This document shows, piece after piece, positions 1 through 10,500 of a stretch of DNA of 64,000 nt (the first letter of the stretch is position 1; every line of letters begins with the position of its first letter). The translations under genes and the position numbers were made by a program. Origin of the DNA: Usitatibacter sp. GTDB lineage: Bacteria; Pseudomonadota; Gammaproteobacteria; Burkholderiales; Usitatibacteraceae. The notes beneath the pieces were generated by a model. That model saw only the letters and a program-made list of their open reading frames with translations, did no database searches and was not told where the DNA came from. The stretch is taken from the NCBI GenBank assembly GCA_035656735.1, contig DASRRY010000047.1, positions 9,500-73,499 on the forward strand, given 5' to 3'.

Positions 1-1
1 G

Positions 2-810
2 GAGCAGGCCTCGCTCAAGGACCGGCTCGAGGGGCGTGTGCGCGCGGCCATTGGCCCCATAGCGGCCACGGACCGGCTGGTGCTCGACGCGGACGACGGC
101 GTGGCCCTGGTGCTCTTCGGAGACGCGCCGCGCGCATTGCGAATCGCACAGTCGCTGCGCGGCGAAGAGGCATTCCTGCAGGTCGGCCTCAATCACGGCC
201 CGGTCGCGCGCAACCCGGCGGCCGGCACGGTGTTCGGCGATGGCCTCGCGGCGGCCGCTGCCGCCGCGCGCTTCGCCACGCCCGAGCGCATCCTCGTGAC
301 GCAGGAATTCCGGCGCAAGCTCGAGGAGACTGCGCCCGAGCTCGCCCAGGACCTGGTGAGCGCCGGCGAGTTCACCGACTCCCGCCTGCGCCAGCACCTG
401 CTCTTCACGCCCGATCCGCTGCGGGGTGCGACGCGGCGGCGGCGCTACCTCGTGCGGCTCGGCGGCGGCGTCGCGGCGATCCTGCTCCTGGGTGTCGTCG
501 CGCACGAAGCCCGCGTCGGATTCTTCGCGCCGAAACCGGCGGTGATCATGTTCGCGGTGAAGCCGCGAGGCGATGTCTACGTGGATGGCGTGGCCAAGGG
601 GCGCACGCCGCCGCTCGACCGCATCGAGCTCAATGCCGGGCGCCACAACGTCACCATCCGCAATCCGGGATTTCCGCCGCTGCAGCTCACGCTGAACCTC
701 GAGGCCGGACAGCAAACCACCATCACGCACACGTTCGCCGCGCGCCGCCCGCCGGAGAACCGGGAGTCGCCCGGCTTCTGGCGCGACCTGAAGCGCCGCT
801 TCGGGGGCTC

Positions 811-814
<4 letters not shown>
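2..814 (+). CDS. Membrane protein: degenerate class III cyclase-homology-like N-domain, one TM helix, C-terminal PEGA-like domain (5' end probably outside window)
   Basis: The frame of track ORF 38..814 stays open back to the window start. The N-part looks like the C-terminal half of a cyclase-homology domain (LQVGLNHGPV ... FGDGLAAAAAAARFATPERILV) but the GDxVNxAAR Asn is missing. Hydrophobic helix GGGVAAILLLGVVA. PEGA-like segment VYVDGVAKGRTP...HNVTIRNPGF. The stop overlaps the kinase start (ATGA at 811-814). Confidence 0.6.
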
Positions 815-1953
<1,139 letters not shown>

Positions 1954-2043
1954 AGCGGCCGGCTCCTACAGGCGGAAAGGCGGCGTCCTACAAGCCCGTC
2001 GAATCGCGCGGCGTATCGTGGCGCCATGGAAAGGGGAGGCCCC

Positions 2044-2229
2044 ATGGACGATCTCGAGACGTATGAATGCTTCGGCGTTCCGGCGCATGCATGGGCGCCC
2101 GCTCCGGAGCTGGCGGCCCTCGTCTTGCCGGCGCGCGCATTCCGCCACGTGATCGCGCCCGAGGTGGACTTCCTCGGCATCGAGGCCACGCCCTCGCCGC
2201 TGCTCGCGGAGTTCGCGCAGCACGGCTGA
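2044..2229 (+). CDS. Small hypothetical protein (61 aa)
   Basis: Part of track ORF 2026..2229. The second ATG (2044) follows a strong SD, GGGGAGG. Composition is balanced rather than Arg/Gly shadow-like, and third positions are G/C-rich. No recognisable family. Confidence 0.35.
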   Translation: MDDLETYECFGVPAHAWAPAPELAALVLPARAFRHVIAPEVDFLGIEATPSPLLAEFAQHG

Positions 2230-2329
2230 GGCGGCCCGCGACGGGCGCGCACCTCCCGGTTGACTTGGCCCGCGGCGGGGCAGAGCATGGCCGCCGCAGC
2301 CCACGTCACTTCCAGAGGAGGAAAGCGCC

Positions 2330-3379
2330 ATGAAACGTTTCTGGTTCGCCTGCCTCGCGGCCGGCACCCTGTTGGGCGCGGCATCCCTTGCGCGCGCCGA
2401 TTCGAGCGGCCCGGTCCGGGTCGAGACCGAGCCCTTCGTCACCCTGCCCGACGGCGTGCGGCACCCGGAAGGCCTGGCGTCGGATCCCGCGACGGGCGCC
2501 GTCTATGTCGCGACGTTCGACTTCGGCCCGAACACCAACAAGCTCCTGCGCTACTCGCGCAACGGCCAGCTCGAGGCGAGCAAGGACTTCGGCGCCACGC
2601 CGCTCCTGGGCCTCGATTTCGCGGGCGGCAAGCTCTATATCCTCAACATGGGTGCGTCGAGGGTCCAGCGCATCGCCGCAGCGTTCACCGCATCGACGCC
2701 GGTCGAGGATGTGGCGCAGATTCCGGTCCTCGCCACCGGCGCGGGCACGCGCACGGGCGGCGTGAGCGCGACGATCACGTACGGGCCCGCGAGTCCCGCG
2801 CCCAACGCCATGGTGTTCGATCGCTCGGGCAACCTGTATGTGTCCGATTCGTGGCAAGGCGCGATCTTCCGCATCGCCAACGCCACGGCGTGTGCCATGC
2901 CCTGCGCGGCAACGACGTTCAAGCAGGATGCGCTGCTTGCGACGGCGGGATTCCCGCCTTTCGGCGCGAACGGCCTCGCCTTCAACGCGGACGAGACGGT
3001 CATGTACGTCGCGAACACGGGCGACGACCGCGTGCTCGCGATGAACATGGCCGACCGCGGCCTGTCCGTGTTCGCCGAGAGCATCAACGGCGCCGACGGC
3101 CTGCTCTTCACCGGCGGGCTCCTGTGGGTCTGCGCGAACCAGTCGGACACCGTGCTCGCGCTGAACGCGAACGGGCGGCCGGTCGTGCATGCCGGCGAAT
3201 TCCTCGGCATCGCGCCCAACGGCGCACCCCGGGGCCTGCTCTTTCCCGCGAGCCTCGCTCAGGTCGGCGACTGGATGTACGTGACGAACCTCGCGCTCGC
3301 GCTCACCGGCGTGCCCGGCGCGGAGCCCGAGGGCGACGTGACGCGCTGGACGGTCTCGCGCTTCCACATTCCGCACTAA
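2330..3379 (+). CDS. Secreted SMP-30/gluconolactonase/LRE-like (six-bladed beta-propeller) protein
   Basis: Signal peptide MKRFWFACLAAGTLLGAASLARA. Repeated blade-like segments (GAVYVATF, GNLYVSDSWQGAIFRI, ANGLAFNADETVMYVANTGDDRVLAM, GLLWVCANQSDTVLAL, DWMYVTNL). Confidence 0.75.
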   Translation: MKRFWFACLAAGTLLGAASLARADSSGPVRVETEPFVTLPDGVRHPEGLASDPATGAVYVATFDFGPNTNKLLRYSRNGQLEASKDFGATPLLGLDFAGGKLYILNMGASRVQRIAAAFTASTPVEDVAQIPVLATGAGTRTGGVSATITYGPASPAPNAMVFDRSGNLYVSDSWQGAIFRIANATACAMPCAATTFKQDALLATAGFPPFGANGLAFNADETVMYVANTGDDRVLAMNMADRGLSVFAESINGADGLLFTGGLLWVCANQSDTVLALNANGRPVVHAGEFLGIAPNGAPRGLLFPASLAQVGDWMYVTNLALALTGVPGAEPEGDVTRWTVSRFHIPH

Positions 3380-3557
3380 GCCTCGTGCGTGGCGGCCTGC
3401 TCCTTGCATGCGATTTCGCGGCAGGCGCAGGCCCCCCAGGTTCCGACGCGCGAAGCCGGAGATGTCCTACCCCCGCTTCGGATTGCGGCGCGTGTACGGC
3501 CTTCCCTCGCAGGGCTAGATTCACTCTCGTCGGAATCGTTGAAAGAAGAGGGCCGTC

Positions 3558-3734
3558 ATGAAACAGCGAATTGAAGGCCGGTTGCGCCGCGCGAAGCTTC
3601 CTCCCATCCTCGAGATCGACGAGGACGGCATTCCCGTGAACGAGATGGAGTCGTGGCAGCGCCCGCGCTGGACCTCGGACGACGACACCCCGAGCCTGCA
3701 GGTCGACGACTGGCCGACCGAGTTCGACGACTGA
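3558..3734 (+). CDS. Small acidic hypothetical protein (58 aa, below the track cutoff)
   Basis: The ATG follows AAGAAGAGGG. Translation is MKQRIEGRLRRAKLPPILEIDEDGIPVNEMESWQRPRWTSDDDTPSLQVDDWPTEFDD with G/C-rich third positions. It sits in an otherwise empty 410-bp gap. Confidence 0.4.
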   Translation: MKQRIEGRLRRAKLPPILEIDEDGIPVNEMESWQRPRWTSDDDTPSLQVDDWPTEFDD

Positions 3735-3791
3735 TCGCCCGCGGCCCGACGGGCCGCGCAACCCGCCGGGGGCGCCGCGCCTGGGGAGGCG

Positions 3792-5411
3792 CTACCCGGC
3801 GAGTAGCTTCCTGAACGCGGCGTCGAGCCGCAAATCCGCATCCGCAAGCCTTGCGCGCGTCGCGCGCATCCATTCCTGGTCCTGCTGCAAGCGACCGTTT
3901 GCCTCGCCGAGCATGCGCCGCACTTCCGCGGGCTGCGGCCCGCCGATGCCCACGCGCGCCTGCACGACCCACGCCGGCGAGAGCACCTGGCGAAACCGCG
4001 CCTCGGCCATCGGCAGGGCACGGTCGGGCAGCTTGAAGCGCTCGATCGTCTCCGCGTAGAGGTCGCGCGCCTTCGCGTACGGAAAGTCCTTCGGGCGCAG
4101 GCCGTTCGCGCGCGCATAGCCCACGATCGACGAGGCGAAGGCATGGCCCACGCGGAACGGGATCTGGTGTTCCTTCTGCAGGACTTCCGCGATCTCCATC
4201 GACGGCGTCCAGTCGTTCTCCAGCTCCTCGAGGGAGCGCTCGGGATGGATGCGCAGCCCGTCGAAGACCGCGTCCATCTTCTCGACCATGCGCACGGCGT
4301 GCACGAAGAACCCGAGCTCGTCCCACGGACGCTTGTAGTCGCGCATGCCGGTGGTGACGTTGTGGTCGCGCATCGCGACGGCGGGCACGAGTCCCGTCAC
4401 GAGCGAGGCCTCCTCGCGCGCGCGGTTGAGCAATCCGGGGTTGCGCTTCTGCGGCATCGCGCTGCTGGCATAGGTCACCGACTCGTCGAGCAGCAGCCAG
4501 GGGCGCGTCTGGTGATACTGCGTGTGGATGTCCTGGATCATCACGCCCACGCGAATCGCCGTCGATCCGGCGATGCCGGTCGCCTCGAGTCCCATGTCGA
4601 AGGGGCTCACCTCGGTTGCGTCGAGTGAATTCTCGATGATCCCGTCGAAGCCGAGCAGGTCGGCCATCCGCGCTCGATTGAGCGGCCAGATGGAGTTGCC
4701 GAGCACGCCCGCTCCCATCGCGCTGCGATTCATGCGCGCGTACAGCTCGTGGATGCGCTGCGCGTCGCGTGCGAAGGATGCCTCGTACGCGAGCAGGTAG
4801 TGCGCATAGCTCGTGGGCTGCGCCTGCACGCCGTTGGTGTACGCGGGGACGAGCGTGTCCACGTTCTTCGCGGCCATGGCGAGCATGCGCGCGCGCATGG
4901 CGTCGAGCGCTTCGGAGAAATCGAGCACCTGGTTGCGCAGCTTCGCCATGCGCAGCGTCGCGTACATGTCCTGGCGGCTGCGCCCCGTGTGCACGAGGGA
5001 CGCGTCGGGACCGATCGCGCCGGTGATGATCTTCTCGATCTGCAGGACGTCGCTCGGCCGCTTGCCGTCCGGCTTCGCCGCCTGCTCGAGGGAGAATTCG
5101 ACGCCGCGCGCGAGCTTGCGTCCCATTTCGGGCGTGACGATGCGCTCCTCGGTGAGCATCACCGCCGAGGCGCGGTTGATCTTGCCGATCCAGTAGAATC
5201 CGTCCTCCAGGGCGTCGCGGCGGCTGGTCACCATGTCCTCGCCCGCGGTGGCACCGGTGGCGCCGAGGCGGGACGATTGCTCCTCGCATTCCGCCGTGGT
5301 CTTGCAGGGCAACTGCCCCGTATCCGCCGCCAGCGCGGGCTGCACGAGCGACACCAGCGACAGCCCGAGGGCCACGCTTCCTGCCTTCATGGGAATTTTC
5401 CTTCGGTTCAT
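3792..5411 (-). CDS. Fumarate-lyase superfamily protein (argininosuccinate-lyase-like) with N-terminal signal peptide
   Basis: Superfamily signature SSAMPQKRNP, plus TGRSRQD and YTNGVQAQP motifs. N-terminus is MNRRKIPMKAGSVALGLSLVSLVQPALA/AD, followed by a Cys-containing linker (PCKTTAECEE). Confidence 0.85.
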   Translation of the reverse strand: MNRRKIPMKAGSVALGLSLVSLVQPALAADTGQLPCKTTAECEEQSSRLGATGATAGEDMVTSRRDALEDGFYWIGKINRASAVMLTEERIVTPEMGRKLARGVEFSLEQAAKPDGKRPSDVLQIEKIITGAIGPDASLVHTGRSRQDMYATLRMAKLRNQVLDFSEALDAMRARMLAMAAKNVDTLVPAYTNGVQAQPTSYAHYLLAYEASFARDAQRIHELYARMNRSAMGAGVLGNSIWPLNRARMADLLGFDGIIENSLDATEVSPFDMGLEATGIAGSTAIRVGVMIQDIHTQYHQTRPWLLLDESVTYASSAMPQKRNPGLLNRAREEASLVTGLVPAVAMRDHNVTTGMRDYKRPWDELGFFVHAVRMVEKMDAVFDGLRIHPERSLEELENDWTPSMEIAEVLQKEHQIPFRVGHAFASSIVGYARANGLRPKDFPYAKARDLYAETIERFKLPDRALPMAEARFRQVLSPAWVVQARVGIGGPQPAEVRRMLGEANGRLQQDQEWMRATRARLADADLRLDAAFRKLLAG

Positions 5412-5432
5412 GGGAGTGCGCCGCGCAGGCGT

Positions 5433-6596
5433 CTATTCCGCCAGCTCGCGCATCACCTTGTAGAGATCGCTCTTGCCCTCGAAACCGATGCCCGGGAGCT
5501 CCGGCATCGTGATGTAGCCGTCTTCCACCTTCACGCCATCGGGGAATCCGCCGAAGGGCTGGAAGAGGTCGGGATAGGACTCGTTGCCGCCCAGGCCGAG
5601 GCCCGCGGCGATGTTGAGCGACATCTGGTGCCCGCCGTGCGGGATGCAGCGCGCGGGCGACCAGCCGTGCTGGCGCAGCATGTCGAGCGTGCGCAGGTAC
5701 TCGACGAGGCCGTAGCTCAAGGCGCAGTCGAACTGCAGCCAGTCGCGGTCCGCGCGCATGCCGCCATGGCGGATGAGGTTGCGTGCGTCCTGCATGGAGA
5801 AGAGGTTCTCGCCCGTCGCCATGGGATTCGGGTAGTAGTCGCGCAGCACCGCCTGCAATTCGTAATCGAGCGGATCGCCCGCCTCCTCGTACCAGAAGAG
5901 GTCGTAATCGCGCAGCGCCTTGGCGTAGGCGATCGCGGTATCCATGTCGAAGCGGCCGTTCGCATCGACCGCGAGGCTGCGGCCCGGGGGCAAAATGCCG
6001 AGCACCGCCTCTATGCGCCCGAGGTCCTCCTGCAGCCCGGCGCCGCCGATCTTCATCTTCACGACGGAGTAGCCGCGCTCGAGGTAGCCCTGCATCTCGC
6101 GCTTGAGCGCCTCGTGGTCCTTGCCGGGATAGTAGTATCCCCCGGCGGCGTAGACGAAGACCTTGCGGTTCTCCTTCACGCCGTAGCGCTGCGCGAGGTA
6201 GCGGTAGAGCGGCAGTCCGGCGATCTTCGCCGTCGCGTCCCACACCGCCATGTCGATGGTGCCGATCGCGACCGAGCGCTCGCCGTGCCCGCCCGGCTTC
6301 TCGTTCGTGAACATCGTGGCCCAGATGCGATGGGGATCGAGGTTCGTGCCGTCATCCGCGAGCAGCGCCTTGGCTTCCGCCTCCATCACGCGCGGGATGA
6401 AGCGGCTCCTCATGAGCTCGCCCTGGCCGTAGCGGCCGTTGGAGTTGAAGCCGTATCCCACGACGCGCCTGCCGTCACGCACCACGTCGGTCACGACCGC
6501 CACCAGGCTCAGCGTCATCTTGCTGAAGTCGATGTAGGCGTTGCGGATGGGGGAGGCGATGGGAAGGGTTTTTTCCCGGATGTCGACGATACGCAT
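5433..6596 (-). CDS. Enolase-superfamily enzyme (mandelate racemase/muconate lactonizing family, acid-sugar/tartrate-dehydratase-like)
   Basis: VVKMKIGG, AVDANGRF, WYEEAGDP, GENLF and HGGH motifs typical of the MR subgroup. It lies 21 bp upstream of the lyase gene on the same strand. Confidence 0.85.
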   Translation of the reverse strand: MRIVDIREKTLPIASPIRNAYIDFSKMTLSLVAVVTDVVRDGRRVVGYGFNSNGRYGQGELMRSRFIPRVMEAEAKALLADDGTNLDPHRIWATMFTNEKPGGHGERSVAIGTIDMAVWDATAKIAGLPLYRYLAQRYGVKENRKVFVYAAGGYYYPGKDHEALKREMQGYLERGYSVVKMKIGGAGLQEDLGRIEAVLGILPPGRSLAVDANGRFDMDTAIAYAKALRDYDLFWYEEAGDPLDYELQAVLRDYYPNPMATGENLFSMQDARNLIRHGGMRADRDWLQFDCALSYGLVEYLRTLDMLRQHGWSPARCIPHGGHQMSLNIAAGLGLGGNESYPDLFQPFGGFPDGVKVEDGYITMPELPGIGFEGKSDLYKVMRELAE

Positions 6597-6661
6597 CGTG
6601 ACATTCTAGACGGGCGCGCAATGCTATTGTCCCGCTCGTTCACGCTAACCAGGGAGCCGGC

Positions 6662-7561
6662 ATGGAGCTCGTCATCCGCGACCTCAGCAAGCGCTATGGC
6701 AACGGCGTGCAGGCCCTCGACCGCATCTCGCTCGCGATCGGGCCCGGCATGTTCGGGCTGCTCGGACCCAATGGCGCGGGCAAGTCGACGCTCATGCGCA
6801 CGCTCGCGACGCTGCAGGAGGCGGATTCGGGCAGCGCCACGCTGGGCGACATCGACGTGCTGCGCGACAAGGACCGCGTGAGGCGCGTGCTCGGCTACCT
6901 GCCGCAGGAGTTCGGCGTCTACCCGAAAGTCACCGCGGTGGAAATGCTCGACCACTTCGCGCGGCTCAAGGGCCTCACCGACGCGCGCACGCGCAAGGCG
7001 ACGGTCGAGGCGCTGCTCGAGCGCGTGAACCTCGCCAATGTCCGCAACCAGAAGCTGGGAGGGTTTTCCGGCGGCATGCGCCAGCGCTTCGGCATCGCCC
7101 AGGCGCTGCTCGGCTCGCCCAAGCTCATCATCGTGGATGAGCCCACGGCGGGCCTCGATCCGGAGGAGCGCGTGCGCTTCCACAACCTCCTCGCGGACAT
7201 CGGCGAGGACGTGATCGTCATCCTGTCGACGCACATCGTGGATGACGTGGCGGATCTCTGCCCGCGCTTCGCCGTGATCAGCAAGGGGCGCGTGCTGCTC
7301 TCGGGCGAGCCGCGCGAGGCCGTCGCGCGGCTCGGCGGACGCGTGTGGGAGCGCACCGTCGCCCGCGACGAGGTGGGCGCGATGCAGGCCTCGCTGCCGG
7401 TGATCTCGACGCGGCTCCATGCGGGGCGCACCGTCGTGCGGGCGTACGGCGAGGGAAGTCCCGCGCCCGGATTCGAGCCGGCGCGCCCGGAGCTCGAGGA
7501 CGTGTACTTCAGCGCGGTGAGCGGGCATCTCGAGCCGGCGCGCGAAGGCGTCGCGGCGTGA
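6662..7561 (+). CDS. ABC transporter ATP-binding protein (ABC-2 type)
   Basis: Walker A GPNGAGKST, signature FSGGMRQR, Walker B IIVDEPTAGLD, H-loop STH. Confidence 0.92.
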   Translation: MELVIRDLSKRYGNGVQALDRISLAIGPGMFGLLGPNGAGKSTLMRTLATLQEADSGSATLGDIDVLRDKDRVRRVLGYLPQEFGVYPKVTAVEMLDHFARLKGLTDARTRKATVEALLERVNLANVRNQKLGGFSGGMRQRFGIAQALLGSPKLIIVDEPTAGLDPEERVRFHNLLADIGEDVIVILSTHIVDDVADLCPRFAVISKGRVLLSGEPREAVARLGGRVWERTVARDEVGAMQASLPVISTRLHAGRTVVRAYGEGSPAPGFEPARPELEDVYFSAVSGHLEPAREGVAA

Positions 7562-10500
7562 GCACCGGCGCCCTCGGTGCGATCGCGCGCTTCGAATTCG
7601 CGACGAAGCTCACGCGCATCTCGACGTGGGTCTATTTTTCAGTGTTCGCCGCGGTGGCGCTCTTGTGGATGGCGGCCGCGGGCGGCGCCTTCGCTTCGGC
7701 CAACGTGATCTTCAGCGCGGACAAGGTGTTCATCAACTCGCCGTATGCCATTGCCCAGACCGTCACGTTCCTGGGCATGCTCGGGACCGTGGTGATCGCG
7801 GCCTTCATGGGCCGGGCGGTGCAGCAGGACTTCGAGACGCTCGCCTTCGCCTTCTTCTTCACGAGCCCGATCACGAAGGCGCAATACCTCTTCGGCCGCT
7901 TCATCGGCGCTGCGCTCGTGTTGATGCTCATCTTCGTCGGGATCGCGCTCGGCGTGCTCCTCGGCACGCACCTGCCCGGCGTGGACGCGACGCGCGTCGG
8001 ACCGTGGTCGATCGCCGCGCTGGTCGAGCCGTATTTCGTGATGCTGTTGCCCAACGTGCTCGTGCTGGGAGCGATGTTCTTCGCGCTCGGTGCGCTGGGC
8101 CGGCGCATGCTGCCCGTGTACATCGCGGGCGTCGTGGTGCTCGTGGGCTACCTCATCGCGGGACGGCTGCTGGCCGACATCGACAATCGCACCGTCGCCG
8201 CGCTCATCGATCCGATGGGGTCGATCGCGCTGGGCGTGCTGACGCGCTACTGGAGCCCGGACGAGAAGAACCAGCGGCTGGTGCCGGTCGCGAACGAGTT
8301 GCTCTGGAATCGCGCCCTCTGGCTGGGTGTCGGCGTCGCGGCCTTCGCGGTGTGCTTCGGGCGTTTCCGCGTCGTGCAGCCCGGTGAAGAGGCGTGGCGG
8401 CGCGGCCGCAAGGCACGCGCGCTCGAGGCCGCTGCGGCGCAGGCCGCCACGCCGGCCACGCCGCGGGCGGTGCCGCAGGCGGTCGTGCGCCGCGCGACGG
8501 GCGACTACGCGCGCCAGTTGCCGGGCGTCATCGCCCTCTACCTGCGCGAGACCGTGAAGAGCCCGTATTTCGTGGCCATCGTCCTCACGGGCGCGCTCTT
8601 CATTCTCGGCAACGCGCGCGTGGTCGGGAGCATCTACGGCACGAACACCTATCCGGTGACCTACCAGGTGCTCGAGTTCGCGTCGGGGACCTTCGGCCTC
8701 TTTGTGCTCATCGTGACCGCGTTCTACGCGGGCGAGCTGGTGTGGCGCGAGCGTGACGCGCGCGTGGCCCAGATCGCCGACAGCCTGCCGACGCCGACGT
8801 GGCTCGGGTTCACGGCGAAGCTCGTGACGCTCTTCGCGATGCAGGCGCTGCTCCAGCTCGTCGTCATGGCGTGCGGCATCGCGATCCAGCTCGCGAGCGG
8901 TTATACGCACCTGGAGCTCGGCCAGTACCTCTACCGCCTGTTCGCCCTGCAGCTCCCCGGCTTCTGGATGATCGCCGTGCTGGCGCTCACCGTGCACGCG
9001 CTGGTGAACCACAAGTACCTGGGCCATTTCATCGTGGTGCTGTACTACCTCTTCATCGTGGCCGCGGTGTCCTTCGGCTGGCAGGACCGGCTGTACCTCT
9101 TCGGCGGGCAACCGGCCATCCAGTACTCGGACATGAACGGCTATGGGCACTTCATCCCCGCGGTGCGCTGGTTCCAGCTTTACTGGGGTGCGGCGTGCAT
9201 CGTGCTGCTGGTCGTGGCGCGGCTCGCCTGGGTGCGCGGCACCGACGTCGAATGGCGTGCGCGCCTGCAGCGGGCGCGCTCCCGTCTCGGCATTCCGCTG
9301 GTGGCGACGGCCGTGGCCGCGGGCGTGGTCTTCCTCGCGACCGGCGCGTGGATCTTCTACAACACCCATGTCCTGAATCCGTATCGCGACGAGAACAAGC
9401 AGGAGGCCTTGCGCGCCGACTACGAGAAGCGCTACAAGGCCTACGCCACGCATCCGCAGCCGAAAGTGGTCGGTGTGAAGGTGGACGCCGACATCCGTCC
9501 CGAGGCCCATGACATCCGCTTCCGCGGCGAGTACCAGCTGCGCAATCGCAATCCCGGGCCGGTGACGGAGCTGCTGGTGAACCTTCCCGAGGAGGCCACG
9601 GTGCATGCGCTCGCGGCGAGCATCCCGCTCAAGCTCGAGGAGGAACGCCGCGATCTCTCATGGCGGCGCTTTGGCCTCGCGCAGCCGCTGCCGCCCGGCG
9701 GCACGATGACGCTGTCGTTCGATCTCGAGTACGCGGCCCGCGGCTTCACCAACTCCGGTGCCAGCAAGGAGGTGGTCGACAACGGCACCTTCGTGAACAG
9801 CGGCTTGCTGCCCGTGCTCGGCTACCAGGGCCGCATGGAGCTCTCCCTCGACCGCGAGCGCAAGAAGCACGGCCTCGAGCCCAAGGAGCGCATGCCCAGC
9901 CTGGACGCTCCCGGCGTGCGTGATCGCAACTACATCTCGAGCGACGGCGACTGGATCACCTTCGAGACCACCGTCAGCACCGACCCCGACCAGGTGGCGA
10001 TCGCGCCGGGCTACCTGCAGAAGGAGTGGACCGGGAACGGGCGGCGTCATTTCCACTACGCGATGGATGTGCCGATCCTCGACTTCTACGCCTTCCTCTC
10101 GGCGCGCTACGCGGTGAAGCGCGACGCCTGGCACGGCCCCCGGGGCGACGTGCCGATCGAGATCTACTACCAGCCCGGGCACGAATACGACCTGGATGCC
10201 ATGATCGCCGGCGTCAAGGACGGGCTCGCGTACGACTCGGCCAACTTCGGTCCGTACCAGCACCACCAGGTGCGCATCCTGGAGTTCCCGCGCTACGCGA
10301 GCTTCGCGCAGTCGTTCCCGAACACCATCCCGTTCTCCGAGGCGATCGGCTTCATCGCGAAGGTGAAGCCGAAGGACCCGAAGGACATCGACTACCCGTA
10401 CTACGTGACGGCGCACGAGATCGCGCACCAGTGGTGGGCGCACCAGGTCATCGGCGCATACGCCCAGGGTGCCACGATGATGTCCGAGACGCTCGCGCAG

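Noticed and set aside
2260-3561. 433-aa plus-strand ORF and 2306..3409 minus-strand ORF overlapping the beta-propeller gene
   Set aside because: Frame 2330..3379 has a signal peptide and blade repeats, while the alternatives are Arg/Gly-rich shadows.
3556-6243. 895-aa minus-strand ORF, together with the 4749..6881 plus-strand ORF, over the lyase/enolase genes
   Set aside because: Both are out of frame or antisense to two genes with clear family signatures, and their composition is Arg/Gly-biased.
7639-9606. 655-aa minus-strand ORF, plus several 70-250-aa ORFs, inside the permease::M1 gene
   Set aside because: They are antisense or out of frame to a gene with continuous TM-helix and HEXXH evidence, and their composition is Arg/His/Glu-rich.
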